A stretch of 64,000 nt of DNA from Micropepsaceae bacterium (GTDB lineage: Bacteria > Pseudomonadota > Alphaproteobacteria > Micropepsales > Micropepsaceae): assembly GCA_040080835.1 (NCBI GenBank), contig JBEBHP010000020.1, positions 5,900 through 69,899 on the forward strand, given 5' to 3'. This document shows positions 1 through 10,900 of this stretch, piece after piece. How positions within the stretch are numbered: the first letter of the stretch is position 1; each line of letters starts with the position of its first letter. The position numbers and the translations under genes are program-made. The notes under the pieces are model-generated. The model worked only from the letters and a program-made list of their open reading frames with translations. It was not told the DNA's origin and searched no databases.

Positions 1-1
1 C

Positions 2-277
2 AGCCCTGACCGTATTGCACAGGAAGTGGCCCTGCTGCTGGTCCGCGCGGATGTGCGCGAGGAAATCGACCGGTTGAAGTCGCATCTCACACAGGCGAAC
101 GACCTGCTGGCGTCCAAGGGAGCGCAGGGTCGGCGGCTCGACTTCCTGTCACAGGAACTCAACCGGGAAGCCAACACGCTTTGTTCAAAGTCGTCTGACA
201 TCCAGCTCACGCGCGTCGGTCTTGAGCTCAAGACCATCATCGATCAGTTCCGTGAACAGGTTCAAAACGTTGAATGA
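2..277 (+). CDS. YicC/YloC-family protein, C-terminal part (5' end outside window)
   Basis: The frame is open from the window edge. The translation ...EEIDRLKSHL...GRRLDFLSQELNREANTLCSKS...REQVQNVE fits the conserved YicC C-terminal signature. The stop overlaps the gmk start (ATGA). Confidence 0.8.
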   Translation, partial: SPDRIAQEVALLLVRADVREEIDRLKSHLTQANDLLASKGAQGRRLDFLSQELNREANTLCSKSSDIQLTRVGLELKTIIDQFREQVQNVE

Positions 278-909
278 GCGAACCAACAAGGATTGCTCGC
301 CGCGGAATGATGCTGGTTCTGTCTTCGCCATCCGGCGCGGGCAAGACGACGCTTTCAAGACGCATTCTGGCACGCGACCCGATCATTCGGATGTCGGTTT
401 CTGTGACGACGCGCAGCAAGCGCCCTGGCGAGGTGGAGGGCGTCGACTACCATTTCGTGGACCAGGCGAAGTTCGCTTCGAAAGTGAAAAATGGTGAGTT
501 CCTGGAATCCGCTTCCGTATTTGGCAATTCTTACGGAACGTTGCGGTCGCCAGTCGAGGACGCATTGAAAGCCGGGCTGGACATCCTGTTTGACATCGAC
601 TGGCAGGGCACGCAGCAACTGAAGGAAAAAGCGCGGGAAGACGTCGTGAGCATATTCATCCTGCCCCCGACACGCCTTGAGCTTGAAAAACGCCTGTCGT
701 CGCGTGGTCAGGACTCAGCAGAAACGGTAACCAGGCGAATGGCGCAGGCAAACGCTGAAATCAGCCACTGGGCCGAATACGACTACGTTATCGTGAACGA
801 TGACCTGGATGTCGCCGAAGGAAGAATTGTGGAAATCGTGGACGCCGAACGGTGCAAGCGAGCCCGCCAAACTGGCCTGTCCGATTTTGTAAGGACGCTG
901 ATCGCCTAG
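274..909 (+). CDS. gmk: guanylate kinase
   Basis: 211 aa with P-loop [10 protein letters not shown] and guanylate kinase core ([24 protein letters not shown]). Translationally coupled to the upstream gene. Confidence 0.95.
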   Translation: MSEPTRIARRGMMLVLSSPSGAGKTTLSRRILARDPIIRMSVSVTTRSKRPGEVEGVDYHFVDQAKFASKVKNGEFLESASVFGNSYGTLRSPVEDALKAGLDILFDIDWQGTQQLKEKAREDVVSIFILPPTRLELEKRLSSRGQDSAETVTRRMAQANAEISHWAEYDYVIVNDDLDVAEGRIVEIVDAERCKRARQTGLSDFVRTLIA

Positions 910-1751
910 CCGCGGCGGCCAAACGCCCGTGCTAGCGCCGCAAATCCTTCCACAGGAATTTCCTCAGCGCGCGCCGTCGGGGCAATCTGGGCTTCTGCAA
1001 GCAACTCGTCGCTGAAAGGCCCCAGCGACTTGAGGCTCGAACGCAACATCTTGCGACGCTGGCCAAATGCGGCGGCAGTCACTCGTTCGAGGTCACGGCA
1101 ACTGGCGTCTCCGCGCGGTCGTTCCAGCAAGGCAAACCTGACCACGCTGGACGTGATTTTGGGTGGTGGCGTGAAGGCGCTGCGATGGACATCAAAGAGG
1201 ATTGAGGGGCTGGTCCGCCACTGGCTGATGACGGAGAGCCTCCCATAGGCCGGAGTCGACGGCTTGGCGACGATCCGCTCGGCCACCTCGCGCTGAAACA
1301 TAAGCGTCAGCGTCTCGAACCATGGCGGCCAGGGGTCGACGGTCAGCCACTTCAGCAACAGAGCGGTGCCCACATTATAGGGGAGGTTGGCGACAACCTG
1401 CGCCTTCTGGCCATTGAGCAGTTCAGGTTCGCGAACATCGACGGCATCCCCAAGGTGGATGCGCATGCGGCCGGAAGACGCCGCCGCGATGTCTTCCAGG
1501 GCCGGCAAACAGCGTTCGTCGCGTTCGACGACAATGAGCGTCGCAGCGCCTTCGGCCAATATCGATCTCGTCAGGCCGCCGGGACCGGGTCCCACTTCCA
1601 GTACGGTTTTTCCCTGCAATGGGCCCGCCTCGCGCGCAATGCGCCGTGTCAGGTTCAGGTCCAGCAGAAAATTCTGGCCCAACGATTTTCGCGCCGAAAG
1701 TTCAAGCGCTGCAATCACTGTCTTGAGAGGCGGCAAGTCCTCGAGAGTCAT
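906..1751 (-). CDS. rsmA: 16S rRNA (adenine1518/1519-N6)-dimethyltransferase
   Basis: 281 aa with SAM-binding [12 protein letters not shown] and the NLPYNVGT motif. There is a 4-nt overlap with the pdxA stop, matching the classical surA-pdxA-ksgA order. Confidence 0.95.
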   Translation of the reverse strand: MTLEDLPPLKTVIAALELSARKSLGQNFLLDLNLTRRIAREAGPLQGKTVLEVGPGPGGLTRSILAEGAATLIVVERDERCLPALEDIAAASSGRMRIHLGDAVDVREPELLNGQKAQVVANLPYNVGTALLLKWLTVDPWPPWFETLTLMFQREVAERIVAKPSTPAYGRLSVISQWRTSPSILFDVHRSAFTPPPKITSSVVRFALLERPRGDASCRDLERVTAAAFGQRRKMLRSSLKSLGPFSDELLAEAQIAPTARAEEIPVEGFAALARAFGRRG

Positions 1752-2755
1752 GCGTGCGCTGCGCGATTGCGGCTCATCTCGTCGGCAAGCCTCAATGCGG
1801 CGAGAAGGCTGGAGGGGTCGGCCTTTCCCGAACCCGCTATGTCAAACGCCGTGCCGTGATCGGGCGATGTCCGGACAATCGACAGACCCAGCGTCGTGTT
1901 GACGCCATGCTGGAAGTCGAGCGTCTTCAGGGGAATGAGTGCCTGGTCATGATACATGCAAATCACGGCATCAAAGCGTTTGCGGGAGCCCGCGTGGAAC
2001 AGAGTATCGGCTGGCAGCGGGCCAACCACATTCACACCCTGCTGGCGCAATTGCGTGACGGCGGGGCTGATAATCCGAACCTCTTCATCGCCCATTGTCC
2101 CGTCTTCACCCGCGTGCGGATTGAGTGCAGCGACGGCGATCCGTGGCATGGCGATACCGAATTCCTTCCTCAGAGCCAGGTTCGTCGTGACGGCAGCACT
2201 TACGATGCTGTCTACCGTCAGGCTTTTGATTGCGCTGGCGAGCGACTGGTGAACCGTGACCGGCACGACGCGCAAGCCCTCGATGCAGAGCATCATCACT
2301 GCGTGGCCGCCACCGGTCAGGTCTGCAAGGAACTCGGTGTGACCGGGAAATTTGAACCCTGCCGCATACAGCGCAGCCTTGTGGATCGGGTTTGTGACGA
2401 CGGCGCTTGCATGACCGGATATCACAAGATCAACCGCGTGGCGGATGGACTGGGTCACGGCAGCGGCATTGGCTGGATGCGGCATACCGAAGGTCGGCCG
2501 CTCGGCCAAAGCGACGGGCAGCACCGGAATGCCGTCCGCAAATCTGACGACAGCCTCGTCACACGAAGAAACTTCCACCACATGGTAGTGACTTCTGATG
2601 CGGTGCGCTTCAGCACGAAGCCAGGCCGGATCACCCAGATACACAAAGGGCGGAACCGGTTTCCCGTCTCCCGCCCAGGCCTTTACAACAATTTCTCCGG
2701 CAATCCCTGACGGCTCGCCCATGGTGAGCGCGAGAGGCTTGCGCGGTTGATGCAT
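1748..2755 (-). CDS. pdxA: 4-hydroxythreonine-4-phosphate dehydrogenase
   Basis: PdxA core ([37 protein letters not shown]). I trimmed the ORF-track frame (to 3007) to the ATG at 2755, which gives 335 aa and sits just downstream of the surA stop at 2763. Confidence 0.9.
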   Translation of the reverse strand: MHQPRKPLALTMGEPSGIAGEIVVKAWAGDGKPVPPFVYLGDPAWLRAEAHRIRSHYHVVEVSSCDEAVVRFADGIPVLPVALAERPTFGMPHPANAAAVTQSIRHAVDLVISGHASAVVTNPIHKAALYAAGFKFPGHTEFLADLTGGGHAVMMLCIEGLRVVPVTVHQSLASAIKSLTVDSIVSAAVTTNLALRKEFGIAMPRIAVAALNPHAGEDGTMGDEEVRIISPAVTQLRQQGVNVVGPLPADTLFHAGSRKRFDAVICMYHDQALIPLKTLDFQHGVNTTLGLSIVRTSPDHGTAFDIAGSGKADPSSLLAALRLADEMSRNRAAHA

Positions 2756-2762
2756 TGAGGAT

Positions 2763-4160
2763 CTAGTTTTCCTTGACTTCAATTGTCGCGTCACGACGCA
2801 GGTCCCGCAGGTAGCGGCGCGCGAGCATCGTGAGTTCCTGATTGAACAAGCGGTTTTCGATGTCTTCTTTCGAGACGTCGCTTGCAGCCTTGTCGCCGCC
2901 CTGTTCGCCGCCACCGCCAACAGTAACCGCCGGACGCATGCCGCCATCGCAGATAACGTACATTTCAATGCCGTTCGCGCCGCGCAGCGGCGGAGTGGAA
3001 CGCCCATTAGGCGTTTTTTTCAGGATTTCGATGAACGGCGGCGCCAGATCCTTCACAGTGACTGGTCCGATCATGTCGAACTTCGCACCGCGGGATTTCG
3101 CAAGCGCCCCCGCAGTCGAGCAACCGTTCACTGCACGGAAAATCTCAACTGCATTCTTGCGCACCTGTTCTTCCTTGGCTTTTGGCGAACCCTGCGCCAG
3201 CGGCACCGAGAAACGGGCCAGCGTAATTACTGCCTTCATCTTTTGTTCGGGTTGGGGCGTAGCCGGAGCCGCCGCAACTTGCGGCGCAGGCGCTGAGCCC
3301 GCCGCCAGGCGCTTCTGGCGCAGCCCAAGAAGATAGTAACCGCCGGGTGCCCGGATTGGCTCCGAAATCGCGCCAGACGTCATGGTTTTCACCTGTCTGG
3401 CGACTGCATCCGGCAAGTCTCCAAGCGATATCCAGCCCATGTCGCCGCCACTGCTTGCGGTAGCCGACTGGCTGAACTGGCGTGCCAGCGCTGCGAAATT
3501 TGCGCCCGCCTTCAGCTGCGTGATGATGCCTTGCGCATTTTGTTTCACCTGTTCCTCGGCGCTGGGAACGTCAACAGCGAGAAAGATTTCCGACAGCAGA
3601 TACTGGGGCTGTTTGGAAGTCTCTTGCGCGGCGGTGAAGGCGTTGTCCACTTCTTCGTCCGACACCGTGACGCGGGGTGCCAGGCGTTGCTGGATCAGCT
3701 TTTGCCACGCGAGGTCCGCCTTGATCTGGTTCTGCAGCGTCGTGCGGGAAATGTTGTTTTCATCGAGCGTCTTGTAGATTTGATCGACGGTGATGTTGTT
3801 TTGCTGAGCGATACGCTTGAAGCTCTTGTCCAGATCGTCGGCACCAATAGCGATCTTGGCCTTTTGCGCTTCCTGCAGTTGCAGCAGTTCGTCGATCAAC
3901 TGTCGCAGAACCTGAGCACGCAACTTTTTGGCAACGTCAGGACCCTGCGCACCCGAAGTGACCATCATCAGCTTGACGCGCTGGTCGAGATCGTAGGTCG
4001 AAATGACAAGGTCATTCACCACCGCAGCGGCGCGCATGGTGGCGGCGTCCTTTGTCGGCGTGGCAGCAGTGGCGGGAGGACACAGCACGAGCGGTGCGCA
4101 CGTCAATGCGAGCAAAGTTGCAAGTGTGCGGGGCAACCGACCTAAGCGTGAACTCAACAT
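2763..4160 (-). CDS. surA: periplasmic chaperone / parvulin-type PPIase SurA
   Basis: 465 aa with a signal peptide, a SurA N-terminal chaperone region and a parvulin segment (GGDMGWISLGDLP...GGYYLLGL). Located between lptD and pdxA. Confidence 0.85.
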   Translation of the reverse strand: MLSSRLGRLPRTLATLLALTCAPLVLCPPATAATPTKDAATMRAAAVVNDLVISTYDLDQRVKLMMVTSGAQGPDVAKKLRAQVLRQLIDELLQLQEAQKAKIAIGADDLDKSFKRIAQQNNITVDQIYKTLDENNISRTTLQNQIKADLAWQKLIQQRLAPRVTVSDEEVDNAFTAAQETSKQPQYLLSEIFLAVDVPSAEEQVKQNAQGIITQLKAGANFAALARQFSQSATASSGGDMGWISLGDLPDAVARQVKTMTSGAISEPIRAPGGYYLLGLRQKRLAAGSAPAPQVAAAPATPQPEQKMKAVITLARFSVPLAQGSPKAKEEQVRKNAVEIFRAVNGCSTAGALAKSRGAKFDMIGPVTVKDLAPPFIEILKKTPNGRSTPPLRGANGIEMYVICDGGMRPAVTVGGGGEQGGDKAASDVSKEDIENRLFNQELTMLARRYLRDLRRDATIEVKEN

Positions 4161-4309
4161 GAAAATACCTGAGATCCATCATTCGTGGGGCGCTGAGTTT
4201 CAAGACTCAGCGTCGACGGGGAGCGAATGGCGCAACAATAGCGACTTTTAACCCGCGATCAATGCCACCAGAGCGGGTCCAAACATTGAAATTAGGCCAC
4301 AATTCTGCC

Positions 4310-6511
4310 CTAGTTCACGCCCTTTAGCCGGAACGTGAATAGGACTGAGCTCGCGGGCTCAATGTCGCGGTCGCGGGTAAACCTGCGCCGGAAATCAATG
4401 CCGAACTCGGCACAGTCATCTTCGTAGGCCAAGCCGAACTTGCTTTCGATCATTTGGTCGCCGGCCAAATCGCGGCGTCCTGAACCCTTCAGCCAGATAT
4501 TGTCGACTGCCCGGAAAGAGCCCAGGAAATTGACTTCTTCGCGCTGGTCCGGAAGCAGTGGATCGGGCTCAAGCAGCACGTAGCCAGCGCGGAACAGGTA
4601 CCAGTCCGGATCGCTGGCTTCCGCGTAGACTTCATTTCTTTCGAAACTGTAGTCCTGCTCGTTGATCCGGAAGCGGTTCACGATGCGGATCTCGCTGGTC
4701 GGCTGGATCGTGAACCGGCCGACAAAATCACTCTGCTGACCACGCAGACCTGATTGTACGGTGAAAGCATCATCCTCGTGAAGGCGGAAGCTTTCGCCGA
4801 TGATGGCTTCCACAAATCCGTCATCAAAATAGGCAGCCGCACGCACGCCGGCATTGATGCGCGGTCCTGTTTCCCAACGGTCCAGACCCGGGAATTTGTT
4901 GAATGAGAACAAATTCGTCTCGTCAAATTCAAAGCTGCCGCTGTCTTCATTCGGTATGCCGGCCGGATTGCCGCCATAGGGCGCGCCAATCACCTGAACG
5001 ATCGGTTCGATGACCTGTTTCCAGCCCCAGTCCGTACGCACGAGCGGATACCGCCACTCAATTCCGGCCCATGGCAGGAAGCGGGTGACTGTCTCTGCAT
5101 CGGCGCCCGGTGCAGAGTCGGTGACGTAATAGGCGTCCCCACGAACGTTTGCGAACAAGGTAAGCAGGTGGCCACCTTCCGTCGTCAGGGGAAGTTTCCA
5201 GGACGCCGTCGCAGAGACCCGGCTCGTGTCTTGTCCTTCCGACCTGTGAAGAAAGAGGCCATTGGCCGAGAAAGTGAACCGACCGCCCAGAACAGTCTCG
5301 TCCGGAACGTATTCAAGCTCTGCAAGTGGCAGCACCAGAGGTGTCGTTCCCGGATCATCGGTTTCACGCAGTCCCTGGAAGTACCAGGCATTGACGGCAC
5401 TGTAGGAGCGACCATTGATGCCTTCGAGGAACAGGTTGTTTTGCAGGCGATCAAGCGAAGAAATATCGTACCGCTTCAGATACGTGTCATTCGATGTAAG
5501 TTGCGCGTTGTAACCCCAGCTCCAGACATCATCAATGTTGAATTTTCCCGAGCCGAAGATGTGGCCTTGCAAAGTGTCGTCCCTGACTTCGTCGCCAAAG
5601 CGATCGCGCGGCTTGCCATAGCGACCGCTGGCCTGAATGTTGTATGAGCCGGTCTCGGTGCGCTGGCGCCATTCGCCTTTGACAAGTGGACCGTCATTCT
5701 CCGTGTACATCGGAGCCAGCAGCAGGTCGTAACTCGGATCGAGCGCAAAATAGTACGGAATTTCGGCGAAATAGCCGATGTCGGTCGAATGACCCACTCC
5801 CGGAACCAGGAAGCCTGACTCGCGTGGAGCTTCAGGATCGGAGTGAGAGAAATAGGGCAGATACAGGATTGGAACGCCAAAAACTTCGAAAAATGCATCT
5901 TCGTATTCAACGCGAGCTTTTTCCTGATTGTAGACGATGCGAAACGCCTTGATCTGCCATGTTGGCGCTTTCGAAGGATCGTCCTTGCAGGGTTTGCAGG
6001 TCGTGTAGACAGCTTTCTCAAGCGTCATCACGTTTCCATCGCTTCGGGTTGCCTTGGCAGCGGCCAGTCGGCCTCTGCCTGCGACGACAACGTTCAGGCT
6101 CTCGATGATGCCGTCCTTCATGTCATCTGTAACTTCAATGCGGCTGCCCGTCAGCGTCGTGCCATTAGCCTCGCGAAGCGTTGCGTTGCCTTCAGCTATC
6201 ACGATGCGGCTCTGCTGGTTGTAGCTCAGCCGGTCGGCAAGCAGCGTCCGCTCGCCATATGTCACTTCCACGTTGCCTTCGGCGCTCACGACGTTCGTCG
6301 TCGTGTCGTATGACATCTTGTCGGCGCGGATCAGAACTTCCTGCTGCTTCTGGGGCGTTGCTGGAGTAGCGCCTGGAGTGCCGCCTTCCGGTGCGTCACT
6401 GGTCTGCGTGCGGGCAAGCGCAAGCACCACGCTGTCTCCGCCTGCAAAAGCGAAGGGTGCCGCAATCAGACAAAAAAGAAGGGCTGTGATGAGGCGAAAC
6501 GCAACCTTCAT
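4310..6511 (-). CDS. lptD: LPS-assembly outer-membrane protein LptD (OstA/Imp)
   Basis: 733 aa with a signal peptide (..FAFAGG), an OstA-like N-terminal beta-jellyroll and a long beta-barrel-type C-terminus. Conserved position upstream of surA. Confidence 0.9.
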   Translation of the reverse strand: MKVAFRLITALLFCLIAAPFAFAGGDSVVLALARTQTSDAPEGGTPGATPATPQKQQEVLIRADKMSYDTTTNVVSAEGNVEVTYGERTLLADRLSYNQQSRIVIAEGNATLREANGTTLTGSRIEVTDDMKDGIIESLNVVVAGRGRLAAAKATRSDGNVMTLEKAVYTTCKPCKDDPSKAPTWQIKAFRIVYNQEKARVEYEDAFFEVFGVPILYLPYFSHSDPEAPRESGFLVPGVGHSTDIGYFAEIPYYFALDPSYDLLLAPMYTENDGPLVKGEWRQRTETGSYNIQASGRYGKPRDRFGDEVRDDTLQGHIFGSGKFNIDDVWSWGYNAQLTSNDTYLKRYDISSLDRLQNNLFLEGINGRSYSAVNAWYFQGLRETDDPGTTPLVLPLAELEYVPDETVLGGRFTFSANGLFLHRSEGQDTSRVSATASWKLPLTTEGGHLLTLFANVRGDAYYVTDSAPGADAETVTRFLPWAGIEWRYPLVRTDWGWKQVIEPIVQVIGAPYGGNPAGIPNEDSGSFEFDETNLFSFNKFPGLDRWETGPRINAGVRAAAYFDDGFVEAIIGESFRLHEDDAFTVQSGLRGQQSDFVGRFTIQPTSEIRIVNRFRINEQDYSFERNEVYAEASDPDWYLFRAGYVLLEPDPLLPDQREEVNFLGSFRAVDNIWLKGSGRRDLAGDQMIESKFGLAYEDDCAEFGIDFRRRFTRDRDIEPASSVLFTFRLKGVN

Positions 6512-7602
6512 CCGTCCTCCTGATTAAACATGTACGCCATACCAAGTAATAGTGCAGTCGTTGCAGGTGCCCACGCAGCCAGCGCAACCGGAACTACGCC
6601 GGATACCCCCAACGCGCCTGCCACGTCGGTGAAGAAATACAGCACAAATCCAGTCAAGACGCTCGAGATAATGAGCCTTGCAGCCCCCCCAAGTCGCGCC
6701 AGCCGAAGCGAGAACGCCGCCGCTATGAATATCATAGCGCATAATAGGACCGGGCCTGCAAGCAATGCATGGTAGTGTAAACGGTGTTTGGTCGCCGAAA
6801 AGCCCGCCGATTCAGCCTGTTCGATAAAGTCGGGCAAGTCCCAAAATGCTATGGTTTCTGGGGTTGCGAAGCTTTCTTGAATTTGGTTGTGAGTTAGTGA
6901 CGTTTTCACATCAAGCAGCGGGTAAAAAACGGCAGGACGCTCCGGACCGGTAACCCAGGCCTCTTCGAGGTGCCATTTTTCCTTCTGCAGCGTGGCGACC
7001 TTGGCGTCGATTCGTCCCTTGAACGCCTCTTTGCCTTCATAGATGAACAGCACCACATCCTGGAGATGTAGACCGCTGTTCGATACGCCCTTGGCGTGAA
7101 TTACCGTCTGCCCTTTTTCGTCTCCCTGGCGCAGCCATAATCCGTTGTTCGAAACGGCCAGCAGCGATGGCCGACCCTGAATGTAGCGTGCCTGAAACTC
7201 CTCAAACCGTGAAATCAGTCTTGCAGCAAAGGGATTGTAGACGGTTGTCATGAACGTCCCGATCACGAGGGCCATGATCAGTGCCGGCGCCAAAAACAGC
7301 CATGCAGACACACCGGCTGCGCGCGCGATGATCAGTTCCTGGCTGCGGGTCATGCGCGCAAAGCACGAGATCGCGCCGAACATCACCGCGAAGGGCATCA
7401 TCTTTTCAGTGAGGTTCGGAAGTTTCAGCAGTGCCATGCCGATGACAATGTTGAACGGAACGTGTTCATGACCGGCCGTTCGCTGGAGCAGATCGACGAT
7501 GTCGATGACAAAGGCCAGGATCAGGCAGAATCCGAAGACAATGCCAACGCTGATCAGGAATTGCTGTGCCAGATAACGCGACAGGGTCCAGCTGATGTAC
7601 AT
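6508..7602 (-). CDS. lptG: LPS export ABC permease LptG
   Basis: 364-aa YjgP/YjgQ-type permease with 6 TM segments and a periplasmic insert. Second gene of the lptFG pair; 4-nt overlap with the lptD start. Confidence 0.9.
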   Translation of the reverse strand: MYISWTLSRYLAQQFLISVGIVFGFCLILAFVIDIVDLLQRTAGHEHVPFNIVIGMALLKLPNLTEKMMPFAVMFGAISCFARMTRSQELIIARAAGVSAWLFLAPALIMALVIGTFMTTVYNPFAARLISRFEEFQARYIQGRPSLLAVSNNGLWLRQGDEKGQTVIHAKGVSNSGLHLQDVVLFIYEGKEAFKGRIDAKVATLQKEKWHLEEAWVTGPERPAVFYPLLDVKTSLTHNQIQESFATPETIAFWDLPDFIEQAESAGFSATKHRLHYHALLAGPVLLCAMIFIAAAFSLRLARLGGAARLIISSVLTGFVLYFFTDVAGALGVSGVVPVALAAWAPATTALLLGMAYMFNQEDG

Positions 7603-7603
7603 C

Positions 7604-8731
7604 TCAAGCCCCTCCCGGCGTTGCGGCCACGATGCCGGAACTCTTCAGGTATTCGAACCTGGGCACAGACAGCATGAACAGGATGCCCACGATCCAGATC
7701 GCAGGCCAAAGGTACATCGTGAATGCGGCATCCGGCATCGAACTTGTCATTTGCTGAAATGCAAACCCTGGAAGCCGCGCGATCAGCACGGCACCGCATG
7801 CCAGCGCAATTCGCCCGCCGTAGCCACGCCGGTTAAATGTGCCGCCAACAAGCGCGTATACGCCAATCAGCGCAAATACCAGACAATACAGAGGGCTGCT
7901 GAGGCGATTGTGGGCGTCAGCGAAGTATTTCCGCCGTGCTTTGTCCGACACCGTTTTTTCAGGATAGAGAAGTTCATTGAGGTACCGCTCGCTGGCCTCG
8001 CGCGAACCTTCGTCACGCGTCTTGTCGAACTGTCCGAGATCGAACGTATACTTTTCGAAGTCCAGTACCTTTAGCCGGCCCGCGCCGCCTTCAAGCCATT
8101 GCACATTGCCCTTGTACATGATCAGCCGCGGACCCTGCGGCGTGTTTGCAAGCACGCCGCGCTGAGCCATATAGGTGGCGATGCCCTTTGGATTTCTGGC
8201 GTCGTGCACGAGTATGCCGCGAATGTCCCCACCCGCATTGTTTTCCGAAACATAGACCGTGAGGCCGGCGATCGGGTTAGTGAACGCACCCTCACGAACA
8301 AATGTGTTCACGAGGTCGGCGCGGATCTCGAAGACGCGATCCTTCACTTCACGCATGCCGGCCGGCATGATTGCAAGATTGGTCACGTAGGCAGCGATTG
8401 TCGTCATGATGGCCAGCGACAGGATGGGCCACACGACAGCCCAGCGATTGAAACCGGCCGCCCAGATCACGACGAGCTCGCTTTCGACATACATCCGGTT
8501 CAGCGCATAGATCACGGCAATCACCAGCGCGAAAGGCAACAAGAGCCCGATCACCTGGGGCAGCGCAAGGATGGTCAGATAAAGATAGGTGGCCGCTGAC
8601 TGGCTCTGGTTGATGACAAGATCCAGCATGCGCAGCGACTGCGATAGCCAGGCGACGCCTACCAGCGCGAACATGAAAAAGATGAGCGGTCCCAACACCT
8701 GCCGGAAGATATAACCTTGAACTCCGGACAT
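7604..8731 (-). CDS. lptF: LPS export ABC permease LptF
   Basis: 375-aa YjgP/YjgQ-type permease, divergent from pepA as in the canonical pepA<>lptF-lptG arrangement. Confidence 0.9.
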   Translation of the reverse strand: MSGVQGYIFRQVLGPLIFFMFALVGVAWLSQSLRMLDLVINQSQSAATYLYLTILALPQVIGLLLPFALVIAVIYALNRMYVESELVVIWAAGFNRWAVVWPILSLAIMTTIAAYVTNLAIMPAGMREVKDRVFEIRADLVNTFVREGAFTNPIAGLTVYVSENNAGGDIRGILVHDARNPKGIATYMAQRGVLANTPQGPRLIMYKGNVQWLEGGAGRLKVLDFEKYTFDLGQFDKTRDEGSREASERYLNELLYPEKTVSDKARRKYFADAHNRLSSPLYCLVFALIGVYALVGGTFNRRGYGGRIALACGAVLIARLPGFAFQQMTSSMPDAAFTMYLWPAIWIVGILFMLSVPRFEYLKSSGIVAATPGGA

Positions 8732-8945
8732 GAGTTACGCGCCCATTGCTTTTATCGACACTGCTCGCTTCACATTGATCCGCCACATCGTTACAACCCG
8801 ATGCGTTACTGCAAAGTTAGGACATTAGCCGTTGCGATAATGCGGGCCGCCAAACTGAACGACACCCGAATAGTCCAGCCGCCGGGTCCAGGCAACAACT
8901 TTGGCTGATTTCCTGAGAATTTCTTGATCAAAGAGATAACGTCAC

Positions 8946-10433
8946 ATGCAAATAAATTTCACCCGGATCGACTCGTCTGAAGACGGAGCCCTCGCCGTGG
9001 GGGTTGCCGCGTTCGATGACGACCTGCCTGATTCACTGGCAGCACTCGACAAAAAGGCCAAGGGCGCCATCGCCCGGGCTCTGAAAGCGGCAAGGTTCAC
9101 CGGCGGCAAGGGTCAAATGGCTGACATTCTTGCGCCAGCCGGCCTCGATCTCGATCGGCTCGTCGTGGTTGGCCTCGGCAAAATCGATGATTTTGGCAAG
9201 CAGCAAGCGCACGATTTTGGAGCGGCGGTGACAGCCCGCCTGTTAACCAGCGGCGAGAAATCTGCCACGCTCAGGTTGCAGAGCCCGTTCGTGGATAACG
9301 CAGAGCTTGCATCGGCAACAGCTTTTGGCGCCCTGCTGCGCGCCTATCGCTTTGACCAGTATCGCACGACGCAAAAAAAATCGGAAAAGCCAACGCTTGG
9401 GAAAATAAGCATAGAATGCAGTGACCCGGCAGACGCCAAGAAAGCCTGGCGCGCGCCGGAGGCAGTCGCCAAGGGCGTCTATTTCACCCGCGATCTTGTC
9501 TCCGAGCCGCCGAATGTCCTTCACCCGGAAGAATTTGCCAAGCGAACACGCAAGCTCGAAGAACTTGGCGTCGATGTCGAGATACTTGGCGAAAAGGAGA
9601 TGGCAAAACTCGGCATGAACACGCTGCTCGGCGTGGGGCAGGGCTCCGAATGCGAGTCTCAGCTTGTCGTAATGCACTGGAAGGGCGCCAAGGACAAGAA
9701 CGCGACCCCGATCGCTTTTGTCGGCAAGGGCGTCACCTTTGATACCGGAGGCATTTCCCTGAAGCCCGGCCCTGGCATGGATGCGATGAAATACGACATG
9801 GGTGGTGCCGGAACGGTGACCGGCCTCATGCATGCGCTTGCAGGCCGCAAGGCCAAAGTCAACGCAATCGGCATCATCGGTCTCGTCGAAAACATGCCGG
9901 ACGGCAAGGCGCAGAGACCTGGTGACATCGTGAAATCGATGTCGGGTCAGACAGTTGAAATCCTGAACACCGATGCCGAAGGCCGCCTCGTGCTTGCTGA
10001 TGCACTCTGGTACTGCCAAAACCGCTTCAAGCCGAAATTCATGGTGGACCTCGCGACATTGACAGGTGCGATCCGTGTCTCTCTCGGTCTCGAGATTGCA
10101 GGCCTGTTCTCCAACAATGACGAGCTCGCCAGCCGGCTTGCAGCAGCCGGCAAGGCCGAAGGCGAAGAGTTGTGGCGCATGCCCATGAATGAACGCTTCG
10201 ACAAGCTGATCGACAGCCCCGTCGCCGACATGAAGAACATCGGCGGAGCCTTTGGAGGTTCGATCACGGCGGCTGTATTCCTCCAACGCTTTGTGAACAA
10301 GGTCCCATGGGCTCACCTGGATATCGCGGGGACAGCCTGGGCGGAAGAATCCCGGGGGGTGACACCCAAAGGCGCCAGCGGCTTTGGTGTCAGGCTGTTG
10401 AACCGTCTGGTTGCTGACTACTACGAAAGCTGA
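8946..10433 (+). CDS. pepA: leucyl aminopeptidase (M17)
   Basis: 495 aa with the M17 signature [14 protein letters not shown] and metal ligands ([11 protein letters not shown]). Confidence 0.95.
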   Translation: MQINFTRIDSSEDGALAVGVAAFDDDLPDSLAALDKKAKGAIARALKAARFTGGKGQMADILAPAGLDLDRLVVVGLGKIDDFGKQQAHDFGAAVTARLLTSGEKSATLRLQSPFVDNAELASATAFGALLRAYRFDQYRTTQKKSEKPTLGKISIECSDPADAKKAWRAPEAVAKGVYFTRDLVSEPPNVLHPEEFAKRTRKLEELGVDVEILGEKEMAKLGMNTLLGVGQGSECESQLVVMHWKGAKDKNATPIAFVGKGVTFDTGGISLKPGPGMDAMKYDMGGAGTVTGLMHALAGRKAKVNAIGIIGLVENMPDGKAQRPGDIVKSMSGQTVEILNTDAEGRLVLADALWYCQNRFKPKFMVDLATLTGAIRVSLGLEIAGLFSNNDELASRLAAAGKAEGEELWRMPMNERFDKLIDSPVADMKNIGGAFGGSITAAVFLQRFVNKVPWAHLDIAGTAWAEESRGVTPKGASGFGVRLLNRLVADYYES

Positions 10434-10897
10434 TGCCGGAAGTTCTTTTCTATCATCTGGAACGGGCAAGCCTTGAAGACGTCTTGCCCGGCCTGCTTGA
10501 AAAGTCCCGCGAACGGGGCTGGAAGGCGCTCATTCGGGTCAGTTCGCAGGAGCGCCTGGAGGCACTGGACAGCCACTTATGGACATACAAGGAAGAAAGT
10601 TTTCTTCCTCACGGCACGTTCAAGGATTCTCGCGCAGCCGATCAGCCGGTATTGCTGACAACCGCGGACGGCAACCCCAATGGTGCAAACGTCGCGTTCT
10701 TTGCCGACGGCGCCAACCCGGACGACTGGACATCAGACCTGGTGAAGGCCTGCCAACGCATAGTGCTCATGTTCGATGGCCGAGATCCCGCAGCGATGGA
10801 AAGTGCTCGCGCGCAGTGGAAGCTCGCACGCGCCACTGGCTATGACACGACCTATTGGCAACAAACCGAACACGGAGGTTGGGAAAAAAAAGCCTGA
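10433..10897 (+). CDS. holC: DNA polymerase III subunit chi
   Basis: 154 aa with the N-terminus MPEVLFYHL...LLEK..ERGW and HLWTY...FLPHG. Overlaps the pepA stop, in the conserved pepA-holC pairing. Confidence 0.85.
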   Translation: MPEVLFYHLERASLEDVLPGLLEKSRERGWKALIRVSSQERLEALDSHLWTYKEESFLPHGTFKDSRAADQPVLLTTADGNPNGANVAFFADGANPDDWTSDLVKACQRIVLMFDGRDPAAMESARAQWKLARATGYDTTYWQQTEHGGWEKKA

Positions 10898-10900
10898 CGC

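Noticed and set aside
1754-2710. 318-aa ORF antisense to pdxA
   Set aside because: Shadow ORF with no motifs. pdxA on the other strand is unambiguous.
2756-3007. 84-codon N-terminal extension of the pdxA ORF
   Set aside because: The extension overlaps the 3' end of surA and has a junk-like sequence. The ATG at 2755 gives a normal-length PdxA directly after the surA stop.
9243-10469. 408-aa ORF antisense to pepA
   Set aside because: It lies entirely within, and opposite to, an unambiguous M17 aminopeptidase gene. The Arg/Ala/Gly-rich translation is junk-like, as expected for a shadow ORF in high-GC DNA.
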